Source: Hemiscyllium ocellatum (Eukaryota). Taken from it: DNA of 64,000 nucleotides. Below are positions 35,340 through 47,750 of this stretch, piece by piece (position 1 is the stretch's first letter; the number at the start of each line of letters is the position of its first letter). The notes beneath the pieces are model-generated. The model was not told the DNA's origin. It saw nothing but the letters and a program-made list of their open reading frames with translations, and made no database searches. The position numbers and the translations under genes are program-made. The stretch spans positions 18,496,341 to 18,560,340 of the forward strand of contig NC_083409.1 in the NCBI RefSeq assembly GCF_020745735.1. The letters run 5' to 3'.

Positions 35340-36381
35340 TAGATTAGATTAGATTACCTACAGTGTGGAAACAGGCCTTTCGACCCAACCAATCCACACC
35401 GACCTTCCAAACAGAAACCCACCCGACCCATTTCCCTCTGACTAATGCACCTAACACTATGGGCAATTTAGCATGGCCAATTCACCTGATTTGCACATTT
35501 TGGACTGTGGGAGGAAACAAGGGCACCCGGAGGAAACCCAGGCAGACACAGGGAGAATGTGCAAACTCCACACAGACATTCACCCGAGGCTGGAATCGAA
35601 ACTGGGAAACTGGTGCTGTGAGGCAGCAGTGCTAGCAGGGATGATGACCACGTTGCTGGGTGATGGAGGGAAGGTCAACCTCTCCCAAAGGCAGCACAAG
35701 CTGGATTGAAGGAGTATCAAGAGTAAGCATGAGGAGATTGAGGGTGACAGAAGGAGGGGGATGGTTGGCAGGTTGTTATTCAGAGTCAGGTCCCAGAGTA
35801 TCAGTCCTTCTGACACTCCCCTTTTTATCTGTCAGCCAAGGCTCCCTGATTGGACAAGGTTAAACCCCATCAGGGAACTCATATTTTATCAGAAAAAAAA
35901 ACACTTTATCGAACAAGGAGCTCAAGAGCTAAAGGACACTGAACAATATGAATGGTTTGAAAGATTCCTTTACGAACATCGCAAATGAGATTTGGGAAAG
36001 AACCTCTTTCACTCAGACTGTGGTGGGAATCTGGAATGGACTGTCATAGAATCCCTACAGTGTGGAAACAGGCCATTTGGTGCAACAAGTCCCGACCAAT
36101 CCTCTGAAGAGAAATTCACCCTAGATCCACTCCCCTTGGCTATTTCCCTTGACTAACACACCTAACTAACACATCCCTGAACACTATGGGCAATTTTAGC
36201 ATGTCCAATTCACCTAACCTGCAAATCTTTGGATTGTGGGAGGAAACTGGGGCATACAGAGGAAAAACACACAGACACGGGGAGAATGTGCAAACTCCAC
36301 ACAGATACGTGGGGCTGGAATCGACCCGGGTCCCTAGTGCTGTGAGGCAGCAGTACTAACCACTGAGCCACCATGCCACCC
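35340..36381 (-). mobile_element. Two older V-SINE copies (35340-35636 and 36047-36381)
   Basis: V-domain and tRNA-head matches on the minus strand. Confidence 0.85.
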
Positions 36382-37329
36382 ATAAAAAAGCCCAAAGAGT
36401 TGAGCTTTCATTCAGCTCCATGAGTCTGATGTGATACAAACTATAAACTCACAACCCTCTGTCAGGGAAGGTAGTGGAGGGTAGATACCTTACAACCCTT
36501 GAATATCATAACATTCATGGATTTGGGACATCGGCAGGAAATTGGGATGAAAGTGCCTTCAGTTGTAATTATGTTCATGCAGACTCAATGGGCCGAAGGG
36601 CCTTTTCTATGCTGTATCCATGCTGAGAGGGCTGTGCAGGTTAATGGTGATTAGTATAGCCTGTCGAAGGTGGCAAATGCATGATCAAGGGTCAGAGGAA
36701 ATGGTTCAAGCTTCAGTGAAGGCCCAAGTAGGAGCTTGGGAGGAGGGTCAAGGCTAATGGAGACAAGGCCAATGGAGACTGAGCGAGGGGACAGAGTGCT
36801 GGTTGGCATCTCCAGGGGTTGTAGTGAGGCATATGGGGACAAGAGGGGAGTGTGTAGGGAGCGAGTACAGTTTCAGATGAAATGCGACCTTTGCCAGCAG
36901 CAGCATGGCCTTCAGCACCAGCGGGTGTCCCTGACTGTGTCAGGCTCACTGACTGCTCTCTGTGTGATTCCACACAGCCACTCGTCTGGTCACCACGCAA
37001 AGTTTTGCTCATGTTTATACTACTGGCTGCAGCACAGTCTGCACCCAGCATCTGCATCTTCTGTCGATGCCACTGTCTATACACACCGTCTGCAGCCTCC
37101 GTTTACACCCTGTGTCCAAACCCACTGTCTACACCGCTGTCTGCACCCTCCATCCACACCTCCTATCTTTCTGCTGTTGTCAGATTGTATACAATGATTC
37201 CATTGAGCTTACGGCATTTTAGAATTTTAGAACTGGCAATGATTGTCCTCTCACCCTGACCTTCAAAGTCTGTCTTCCATAATGAGGTGTTTAATGTTAA
37301 TTACTGAATGCCATTTGATTTCTGTGATG

Positions 37330-37820
37330 GCAGGACTGATGTATAAAGAGAGTTGAGTTGGTGAGGATTGTGTTCATTGGAGTTTAGAAGAATGAAGGAA
37401 GGGAATCTTGTAGAAAGCTATAAAATTGGAACAGGACGAGACATGTTAGATGGAGGAAGGATGTTCCAAATGGTGGGGAAGTCCAGAACCAGGGCTCATA
37501 GTTTAAGGTTAAGGGGTAAACTCTATAGGATAGAGATGAAGAAAAATGTTTTCACCCAGAGAGTGGTGAGCCTGTGGAATTCGCTGTCACAGAAAGTTGT
37601 TGAGGCCAAAACATTATGTTTTCAAGAAGAGGGTAGAGATAGCTCTTGTGGCTAAAGAATCAAGGGATATGGGGTAGGGAGGGATTACAGTGTAGTGCTC
37701 GATGTTCGGCCATGACCATAGATAGATTCTTGATGACTGAAGGGATGAAATGTTATCAGAGAATGTAGAGTTGAGGTTAAAATCAGATCAGCCATAAGGG
37801 CCGAGTGGTCTCCTTTTGTT
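37330..37820 (+). mobile_element. CR1 3' fragment
   Basis: ORF 37368-37655 SLEFRRM...KNVFTQRVVSLWNSL. Confidence 0.85.
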
Positions 37821-38071
37821 CCTTGCCCATATGTTGCCTCATACACTTACACACAATCGAAGACTGTCATTTGTATTTTCTACCTGCAGATTAAGCTGCA
37901 TGTGCAATAGGCCTCATCTGTACAGTGTTTTCTCCAGCCTTTCACCATGATATGGTTAAGATAATGGTCCCATAATCAATCCATTAACTTTGTAAGTTAA
38001 TTTAGTTAAAGCAATAAAACACATTACAAATCATGAAGCAGACATTACAGCAAGCAAGAATGGACTGCACT

Positions 38072-38993
38072 GAGGCTCAGTGGTCAGCACTGCTGTCCCA
38101 CAGCACCAGGGACCCAGGTTCGTTCCAGCCTCGGGCAACTGTCTGTTTGGAGTTTGCACATTCTCCCCATGTCTCTGTGGGTTTCCTCTGGATGCTCCGG
38201 TTTCTTCCCACAGTCAAAAGATGTGCAGGTTCGGTGAATTGGCCAAACTAAATTGTCCATGGTGTTCAGGGGTGTGTGGGTTAGGTGCAGTAGTCAGGGA
38301 ATATGTGAGTAATGGGGTGGGGGAGTGGGATGCTCTTTGGAGGGTCAGTGTGGAGGCCTATTTCCACACTGTAGGGATTCAACGAATTGATCTTGGTCCG
38401 TGCAGCTTGCAGGCTCACAGATGACTAACTGGTGGGTAGAGTTCAACACCGTACATACACAGGGGTGGATTTTCTTAAAGGTAATGTGTTCACACAGCAC
38501 ACAGCTACTGAACATCAAGGCAAGATAGTTACATTCTCTCTTGTTGGAGACAGTCATTGCCTGGCAGCTGTGTGGCACATATGTAACCTTATTCATGTTC
38601 CAAACCCACATCTCTATCAGTAAAATGCTTTGGAACATCCTCTGGTGACAAAATGTGCAATACATTTGGGGTGGCACGATGGCTCAGTGGTTGGCACTGC
38701 TGCCTCACAGCGTCAGGGACCCGCCTCAGACAGGTCTGTGTGGAGTTTGCACGTTCTCCCTGTGTCTGTGTGGGCTTCCCCCGGGTGCTCTGGTTTCCTC
38801 CCACGGTCCTAAAGATCTGCAGGCTGGTAAACTGGCCATGCTAAATTGCCTATAGTGTCCAGGAATGAGCAGGCTAGGTGGATTAGCCATTGGAAAATAC
38901 AGGGATAGCATCGGGGTCTGGATGGAATGTTCTTTGGAGGGGTGGTGTGGACTCGATAGGCTGAATGACCTACTTCCACACTATAGGGATTCT
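38072..38993 (+). mobile_element. Two older V-SINE copies (38072-38380 and 38668-38993)
   Basis: V-domain GTGGAGTTTGCACGTTCTCCC; tail CCACACTGTAGGGATTC. Confidence 0.85.
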
Positions 38994-39101
38994 GTGATAC
39001 AAATGTAAGTTCCTTCTTTCCATTCTAGCCCTGAAGCATGCATGTGGTTCTGTCTCATATCCACTCAAGAGATGGCAACCCTTTGAAGACAGGAGCAGCC
39101 T

Positions 39102-39222
39102 CTATTCTTTTGGAAAGTACTTCTTCCACTCTGTGTCCTTCACAGCCTTGTAGACAACAACAATGAGGTCAGGAAATAACCCAAAGCTATAATCTTCTGG
39201 ACTCTTCATTAAACTGTGGAAC
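39102..39222 (-). pseudogene. RNASEL: RNase L terminal coding exon (KEN domain C-terminus)
   Basis: Acceptor TGTACTTTTCAG; 1 nt + FHSLMKSPEDYSFGLFPDLIVVVYKAVKDTEWKKYFPKE*. Aligns without gaps to recalled human [37 protein letters not shown], with the same phase-2 intron. Confidence 0.8.
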
Positions 39223-39544
39223 CTGAAAAGTACAATTAAGGTCCAAGTCAATGAAGATATTTCTCAGCAATCCCTAAATGCTGAGTTTTAATACTCAGCA
39301 GGCCCCAGGAGTCAAAATAACTGAGTAGATCATTGCTCTGAATTGCTCATAAATGTCACCTTCACATTTCAGGAGGCTTTGATCAAAAAGGTTGCTTACT
39401 CCTCTCCAAAATACAGCTTAAAATCAGCTCCAACTCCCAACCATCCAGCTGAGAGCAGAGGCCTGTACAAACTGGAACCTGGTCAGTGGGAGCACTGTCA
39501 CCTCTGTCTCAGAAGCTTTGACTATTTAAAATAATGTCTTACTC

Positions 39545-40370
39545 AGAGAGTCATTCAGCACAAAACAGACCCTTCGGTTCAACTCATCCGTGCCAACCAG
39601 ACATCCTAATCTAGTTCCATTTGCCATGATTTATCCCATATCCCTCTAAACCCTTCCTATTCATGGACCCATATAAATGATGTAATTGTACCAGCTTCCA
39701 CCACTTCCACTGGCAGCTCATTCCGTGCATGCACCATCCTCTGCATGAAAAGTTGCCCCTTAGTTCCCTTACAAATTCTTCCTCTATTACCTTAAACCAA
39801 TATCCTCTAGTTTTGGACTGACATACCCTGGGAAAAAGACCTTGGATGTTCACCTTATCGATGCCCCTCATGATTTTATAAACCTCCATAAGTTCACCCC
39901 TCAACCTCCAACACTCCAGGGAAAGTAGCCCCAATCTATTCAGCCTCTCCCTGTAGCTCAAACCCTCCAACCCCAGCAACATCCTTGCAAATCTTTTTTT
40001 GTCCCCTTTCAAGTTTAAAAACATTATTCCTTTCGCAGGAAGACCCGAACTGAGCCCTGTATTCTCAAGGTGTCCTCACCAATGGCCACTTTGGTGGACA
40101 GCCAGAACATGACATCCCAACTCCTATACTCAATGCACAGACCAATAAAGCAAGCGTACCAATCACCTTCGTCACTATTCTGTCTATCCATGGCTTTCAA
40201 GGAACTGGGAGCCTGCACTCCAAGATTTCGTTGCTGAGCAACACTCTCCAGGAACCTGCCCTGATTTGCCTTCCCAAAAAGCAATGTCTTACACTTATCT
40301 AAATTAAACTCCATCTCCCACTCCTTGTCCATTGGCCCATCTGAACACACATTGATCATACATTACAAAC
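39545..40370 (-). mobile_element. CR1 3' fragment
   Basis: ORFs 39611-40024 and 40024-40359 (WEMEFNLDKC...LFSLECWRLRG). Confidence 0.85.
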
Positions 40371-40379
40371 TGGAACATA

Positions 40380-41070
40380 TGGAAGGCATTGGTGAGACAC
40401 AACTGCAGTCTTGTGTCCAATTGTGGTCTGCTTATTAGATTAGATTACTTACAGTATGGAAACAGGCCCCTCGATCCAACAAGTCCACACTGACCCTCCC
40501 AAGAGCAAACCACACAAACCCATTCCCTTATACCTAACACCATTTGAGGAAGGATGTGGTGGCACTGGAGGCCGTTCCGAGGATGTTCCCCAGACTGATT
40601 CCAGGGATGAAAGGGCTGTCCCACGAGGAGCAGTTAAATAGATTGCGCTTGGACTCACTGGAGTTTAAAAGAATGAGGAGGGATCTGATTGAGGGATAGA
40701 AAATGTGAAAGGGGATTGAGAAGGTGGATATTGAATAGATGCTCCCCCTTGTGGGACAGTCTGGAACAAGAGGGGATCGATATCGAGTGAGAGGAGGTCG
40801 GTTCAAAACTGAGCTGAGGAGAAACTACTTCTCCCAGAGGGTTGTGAATCTGTGAAACTCAATGCCCCAGAGTGCAGTGGAGGCAGAATCAATCAACAGG
40901 TTCAAGAACAATGTGTTTCTGATTAAACATGAGATAAAGAACAATGGGAAGCAGGCAGGAGAGTGGAGTTGAGACCAGGATAAGATCAGCCATGGTCCTG
41001 TTAAATGGCGGAGTGGGGTCGAAGGGCTGAATTGCCTCCTCCCGCTCCTAATTCCTATGTTGAGCACACA
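40380..41070 (+). mobile_element. CR1 3' fragment with a minus-strand V-SINE tail at ~40436-40540
   Basis: RRNYFSQRVVNL motif; TAGATTAGATTACTTACAGT tail insertion. Confidence 0.8.
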
Positions 41071-42640
41071 GTCAAGGCTGACACTGCAAAACTGAGGGAG
41101 CTGTTGTCTTTCAGGTGAGATACAAAACAGAGGTCCTGCCACAATCTATCAAACTGTACTATCTCCTCCAGTGACAAATGCTGGAATTTGAATTCAAATC
41201 ACAAAGCAAGCCTCATTAATGGTGACCACGATAATGATCCCTGAATGCTGTCCAGCCTCAGCCTTACCCAGTCTGGAGTTCATGTGACTCCAGCCCCACA
41301 GCAATCTGGTTAACTCTCAGGTGCCTTCTGAGAGGCCACAGCAAGGCCAGCAGTTCAAGGGCAATTAGTCTAGGGTAACAAATGCTGATCTACGCCAGTG
41401 ACACCCACCTCCCAGAAAACAGAATGCAACAGAGATTGGTGTCAGCCACATTTGTCAGATCAGACTCCCAATGAGATGGGGAGATGGTTAAAGTGTATTC
41501 AGCTCAGTATGGAACAGGTCCCCACTTGTTAACACATCATCACTGACAAAATAAGGGGAGAACACAGAAAACTAACAACGAGAACACTCAAATGTGGGAA
41601 TATCAGTGAGAATTCAGGCAACTGAAGGAAGATATGAAGAACTGCAAAGGAAGACAAAAAGGAAACAAGAGTTACAAAAAAGTGATTGAGAAAGAGACCT
41701 GCAAGGGGTCACAAGAATAACACAAATGCTTTACACGAAAATTAGAAAATCAAGGAGGCTCCAGTGCAATGTGAGCCCTTTAAAAACAAACTGGGAATTC
41801 CATGAATGAGACAAAGGGAATGGCCGATACATACAATAATCAGTTGTGTCAGTCTTTACAGTCAAGGAACGGGATAATGCAGCTTCCATTCCAGGGAGGT
41901 TAATAATGAATGGAAGACTGGAATTCACGAAACTTGATACTTGCCATGAAACAACATTGGAAAATGAGCGGCTCTAAAGGCTGACAGATCTCCAGGACCT
42001 TAGGGGTTTAAAGGAAGGGGGGGAAGAAGTTTCAGAGGTTTTTTCCCATCAGGTTCCAAAGCAATAACGATTCCTTTAGTTTGGAAAATGTCTTGCTGTA
42101 ACTCCACGGGTTGAAGAAAGATGAGAGAGGGAACCAAGGAAATTATATCCTGGTCAATCTAACATCTCTTTTAGGGGTTTCATTGGAATCTATAATGAAC
42201 AGCCGAGAGAATCAACATGTAGAGAATCGGAAATAGCCCATGTAGATTTGTGATGGGTAAGTTCTAACTAACAAACCAAATGCATTAAATAAAATAGTTG
42301 ATCGGATGTATAGGCTTATCAACTTTCAAAAGTACTCGATCATTTACCACAAAACAGTCTGCTGACCAAAGTTAAAACCCATGGGATTGAAGATGAATGT
42401 TTGACTTGGTTCGGAGGCTGGTTTAGTGATAGATAACAGAGAAAGAAAGTGACGAGTGGTGTTCCACAAGGATTCTGTGGTGAGGCCTTAACTACTTACT
42501 GTATGTATTAATGAGAATCATAGTTCCACATTGACACAAAGACTGATGGAATAGTAAGTGGTGAAGATGGTGTTTTTGTTTAAAACTCACTTGGAGGACA
42601 TGGGTGTTGCTGTCTGGGCCAGATTCCTAGTTGCCCTTGA

Positions 42641-44400
42641 GAATCATAGAATCATTATATGGTGTGGAAGCAGACCATTCAGCCCATCAACTTCACACCA
42701 TCCGACCAAACAGCATCCCATCTAGATCAGCCCCATCCCTGTAATGCTGCATTTCCCATGGCTAATCCACCCTGCCTGCACATCCCTGGACACTACGTGC
42801 AATTTAGCATGGCTAATCCACCAAACCTACACATCTATGGATTGTGTGGAGGAAACTCACTCAGACATGGGGAAAATGTGTAAACTCCAGACAGACATCA
42901 TCCCAGGGTGGAATTGAACCCAGGTCCCTGGCGCTGCGAGGGAGCAGCACTAACCACTGACCCACAATGCTGTCCTTTGCAAGGTGGTCGTGAGCTGCCT
43001 TCTTGAACCGCTGCAGTCCATGTGCTGTAGATAAACCCACAATGCCCTAAGGGAGGGTAGTCCAGGATTTTGACCCAGCGACACTGAAGGAACAGTAGTA
43101 TATTTTTAAATCAGGATGCTATGTAGATTAGGGTGGAACTTGAGGGTGGTGGTATTCTGTGTATCTGCTGCCCTTGTCCTTCAAATGGGAATAGCCTTGG
43201 GTTTGGAAGGTGCTGTCTCAGGAGACTTGGTGGATTTCTGCAGTGCATCTTGTCGATGGTGCACGCGGCTGCTACTGAGCATCAGTGGTGGAGGGAGTGA
43301 ATGTTTGTAGATGTGGTGCCAATCAAGCAGGCTGCTTTGTACTGGATGATATCAAGCTTCTTGACTGTTTTTGGAGCTGCGCCCATCCAGGCATGTGGGG
43401 AGTAACCCATCACACTCCTATTCAAAGCTTTACTGATCTTTTCTTAATTTATTTACAGGTTTGGGCATCACATGGTATGCCAGCATTTTTTGCCCAGAAT
43501 CAAGTGGGGTGGCACAGAGACTAGCACTGTTGCCTCACAGCGTAGGGACCTGAGTTCGATTCCACCCTCAGGCAGCTGATTTTGTGGTGTTTACATATTC
43601 TCCTGTGTCTGCCTGGGTTCCCTCCAGGTGATCTGGTTTCCTCCCACAGTCCAAAATGTGTGGGATCGTTGGAATGGCCATGGGAAATGCAAGGTTATAG
43701 GGGAGTGGGTCTGGTTGGGATGCTCTTTGGAGAGGCGGTATGGGCTGAATGGCCTGTTTCCACATTGTAGGGATTCTATTGATTTCTTCACTCAGTGGAT
43801 TGTGAATCTTTGGAATACTCATTCCCAGATACTTAGTCAGTACTTAGTAATTTGAATAAATTCAAGATAGAGATCACCTGCATGTGGGGAGGCAGTGGCC
43901 TAGTGGTATCATCACGAGATTGTTAATCTAGTGAGCCAAGTCATGTTCTGGGGGACCTGGGTTCAAATCCTGGTAAAGGCACAGAGTGGAATTCAAATTT
44001 TAACATCTCAAATTAAGATTCTAATGATGACAATTGTTTGGGGAGAGTCCCATCGAACCCACTAATGTCCTTTACACTGCTGTCCTGGTGTCATACTAAC
44101 TAACATATCACTCCAGACCACAGCAATGAAGAATCATTAAATCCCTACTGTGTGGAAGAAGGCTGTTCAGCCCATCAAGGCAAAGCAGCATCTCACCCAC
44201 AGCCATCTCCCTCTCCTATCCCTGGAGCCTTACACGTCCCATGGCTGATCCACCTAACCTGCACATCTTTGGACTGAGAGAGGAACCCCCCGCAGACATG
44301 GGGAGAACATGCAAACTCCACACAGACAGTTGCCTGAGGGTGGAATCGAACCCAGGTCCCTGGTGTTGTCAGGCAGTGGTGCTAGCTACTGTGATACCCA
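42641..44400. mobile_element. SINE/LINE cluster: V-SINEs 42641-42975 (-), 43506-43779 (+), 44131-44400 (-); LINE fragment ~42990-43420 (-); SINE ~43888-44125 (+)
   Basis: Direct similarity to other copies in this window. Confidence 0.75.
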
Positions 44401-44804
44401 TTCCACATCAGAGAGCCAAACGTCTAACCCCTTATTCCCAGACTGGGTCTCTGCTTTAGAATTCCCAAGTAGGGACAGATCCTCCCAAAATCTATCCTGT
44501 CAGGTCCCTGGAGAATTTGACATGTTTCAGTGAAATCTCCTCCCAACCTTCTAAATTCCAGGGATGAGATCTGCAATCTCCTCCTGGCTTCCCAGAGAAT
44601 CTGAGGATAAATCCCGTTCCTCACCCAGTCCCCCTCTTGATCCCGAGACAATCCTCTCAACCTGTCACATGAACTGTTGCTGGGTTTGATCATCTCAGTA
44701 AGAGTTTTAAGGAGGGAAAGAGAAAGAAAGGCTCTTTCTGCTTTGAATCAATGCTAAAAGTTGAAAAAGCAGGAAAATATTGCCAGCAACTATTGTTCAC
44801 ATAC

Positions 44805-44929
44805 TCTTTCTATTCATCAAAGTGCTGGATGAGGTTTCTTATGAATTTCAGGCCGTCACTGGTGGTGTCCTTATATTCTTTATTCTTGCCTTGTCTCTTG
44901 TTCATGTCATTTAGGAGAACGGAGTCAAC
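44805..44929 (-). pseudogene. RNASEL: RNase L penultimate exon (KEN catalytic core), disabled
   Basis: VDSVLLNDMNKRQGKNKEYKDTTSDGLKFIRNLIQHFDE*K+GA, donor GTATGT. Matches recalled human INECVMKKMNK...[21 protein letters not shown]. The acceptor reads CG rather than AG; in-frame TAG at 44810-44812. Confidence 0.85.
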
Positions 44930-45255
44930 CGAGAAGGAAACAAACAACAGAGTTTGTTTTCTCTGTTGATTGAATTCACCTTGTTTGCTCCTCTGCTCAC
45001 CTGAAGAAGGGGCGAGGCTTGTGTCTTATAATAAACCTGTTGGACTATAATCTGGTGTCGTATGATTTTTGGCCTTGGGGATTCCTGGAAACAAGGTGTT
45101 CAGTAAAGATAGGAAAGAGAGAAAATTGCGAGAAGTGGTGGGATGTACTGGAGCGTGACAGTGCTGACCAACCTTAGGCCCTGAGATATGATGGAGAGGA
45201 AGGGTGAACTCTACTGGGCTTTAACTCACTGTTACCAGAGTAAAACAGTGATTAG

Positions 45256-45410
45256 CAAATTCGATGCTTCGGGCCATCCTGATGAAGTGCTCTGGCCCGA
45301 AACGTCGAATTTCCTGTTCCTTGAATGCTGCCTAACCTGCTGTACTTTAACCAGCAACACATTTTCAGCTCTGATCTCCAGCATCTGCAGACCTCACTTT
45401 TTACTAAAAC
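45256..45410 (+). mobile_element. Short Penelope-type element with the best-preserved minimal hammerhead core and a short 5' inversion
   Basis: CTGATGA 45279-45285, stem II A-GTGC-TCTG-GCCC, GAAACGTC 45299-45306, then GAAT. AAATTCGATGCTTCGGGCCA is an inverted copy of TGGCCCGAAACGTCGAATTT. Confidence 0.75.
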
Positions 45411-46039
45411 AGAGATTACCCATTTCACAAGAGAGTAAATGGAACTAACAAACCAGGTGCGTGTGAAACACCCACCCCATCCCTGAGAGAGTGGGGGACA
45501 AGAACAGGGACATCCTCAGACAGAAAGGGTACCAAAAATGATATCACCCTGAGAATGAAAGGTGGGGATAGTGACAGTGACACTCCCCCAGAGAGTAACA
45601 CTGACACATTTAAAACTGTATTATCACAAGTGAGAATTCAAACAGCCGCCCGCTCCGTCATACGGTGTTGAAGATGCACTGTCCTCATCAAAACATGTTT
45701 GCAAACCTCTTCACAACACGTAAGGGGAGAGAAACATTGAAAACTGTATTATCACGAGTGAGGGTCCATTTAAAACTTGGACCATGATGTTAAATGTTCT
45801 CAGCTGCAAACAACACTGGTGTTTTGACATCATTATCTTATTAAGCAATTTTAAAACCTTGGCCAAACATTTTCCTGCAGACTGTATTTAAAATATCACG
45901 AGTCTTTCCCCATTGTTGGTTTGATCAGTGACGTAGCAAGGAAGCAGCAGCTGCCCCATGAACTCCAACAAAAGAATGAGAACAGGCTCTTCATACGGAG
46001 CTGGGTCCCGAGAATCCAATTCAACAGCAGGGACCAAAG

Positions 46040-47130
46040 AACAAGGAACAATACAGCACAGGAACAGGTCCTTCAGCCCTACAAGCCTGTGCTGACACAT
46101 TTGGCCCTTCCATACTGAAACTATCTTCACCTACAGGATTTGTATCCCTCTATTCCCTTCCTATTCATGCATTAGTGCAGGTATTTCTTGAATACTTCTA
46201 TCATGTCTGTTTCCACCCCCTCCTATGGCAGTGTGTTCCAGGTACTCAACTCCCTTTGTGTGAAATTCTAGCCTCGCACATCTCTTTTAAATTCCCCCCT
46301 CCCCCGCACCTTGAACCTCTGTCCCCGAGTAAGTGACCCCTCCATCCTGGGAAAAAGCTTCATAATTTCCACCCTACCTATGCCATTCAAAACTTAATAA
46401 ACTTCTATGAGGTCACACCTAATTTTCCCTCATTCTGGTGAAAACAAACCCAGTCTATCCAACATTTCTTCAGAACTAAAATCCCCCATACCAGACAATA
46501 TTCTGGTAAACATTTTCTGCACCATCTTCAAAACATCCACATCCTTCTGATGGTGTGGCAACCAGAACTGTATACAATATTCCAAGTGTGGCCTAACTAA
46601 TGTTCAACAAGCTGCAGCATAACTTGTCTATCCTTATACTTAATGCCTCTTCCAATGAAGGCAAGCAGGCCATAAGCCTTTTTCACGACCTTACCTCCCT
46701 GAGCTGCCACCCTCAGTGACCTGTGAACATACACACCCAGATCCCTCTGCATATCAATACTCCAAAGGATTCTGACATTCACTGTATAATTCCCACCCGT
46801 ACATCACCTTTCAAAATGCATCACCTTACATTTGTCTGGATTAAACTACATCTGCCATTTATCTGTCCATGCATCCAACTGATCTATATCCTGCTGTGCC
46901 CTCTGACAATCCTTCTCATTATCTGTAACTCTATCAATCTTTGTATCAACTGTAAACATTTAATTAGACCGGCTACACTTTCCTCTAAATCATTTATGTA
47001 GACCACATACAGCAGAGTTCCCACCACTGATCCCTGTAGGACACTAGGAATCACAGCCCTCCATTCTGAAAACCATCCTCCCATCACTGCCCTCTGTCTC
47101 CTCTGACTCAGCCAGTTCTGTATCCAATGC
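46040..47130 (-). mobile_element. 5'-truncated CR1
   Basis: WIQNWLSQRRQR...VLQGSVVGTLL (ORF 46884-47153) through to the 3' tail. Confidence 0.88.
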
Positions 47131-47659
47131 TGGGAACATTTTAGACAAGACACCTTGTTGCCAGCTCATTACTGCAACTTGATCCAGTTCATTCAGAAAG
47201 AGAAAAAGGACATTGTGCAGATTGTTGAACAGGCCCCTACACCTGGGCGTGAGGCAGGGGCCCAAGCTCCAACACACTGGCCTCACTTCACACCAACCTT
47301 CACACATGAACTCCAGCCATCAATCCCTCTGGGACCGGGACGGGGTGAGGGAACAGGGACAATGTCAAAAAGTCGATAAGGAGTAAAGCAAGATGGAGAG
47401 AGTGTGCTGGAAAGTGTTTGATGGAGGATCCATTCTTTGTGATACCCAATACTGACATTGTCCATCCATATCACAGAATGAACAAAACAGCACACCGTGA
47501 AGACAATCAAAAGTCTTATCAAAGCACTTCTTTTTTTGAAAAACCATAGCATGCAGGACATTTTTATTGTGGTGTGATCAATATCATGGTCCAAAGATCC
47601 TCACAGAGCCCCAGTTTATTTGTACTGTTCAGTAATGTGGGGATTCCGATGGGGGGCTG

Positions 47660-47750
47660 GGGTTATCCTGATGAAGGAGCAGCGCTTCGAAAACTTGTGA
47701 TTTCAAATGAACCTGTTGGGCTAGAGCCTGGTGTTGTGTGACTTCTGACT
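47660..47750 (+). mobile_element. Penelope-type terminal repeat with minimal hammerhead core
   Basis: CTGATGA 47668-47674, A, stem II GGAGC-AGC-GCTTC, GAAA 47689-47692, then ACTTGTG...AACCTGTTGGGCTAGAGCCTGGTGTTGTGTGA. Confidence 0.7.

Noticed and set aside
36960-37180. Cys/His-rich ORFs 36736-37197 and 36882-37259
   Set aside because: Produced by a CA-rich low-complexity tandem repeat next to an L2 fragment.
39372-39481. Plus-strand exon candidate EALIKKVAYSSPKY...
   Set aside because: Lies in the RNASEL intron on the opposite strand; weak donor and no homology recognised.
47140-47600. Unique-looking segment tested as upstream RNase L exons
   Set aside because: No frame gives ankyrin, DFD-kinase or W..R..L.NVGN motifs.
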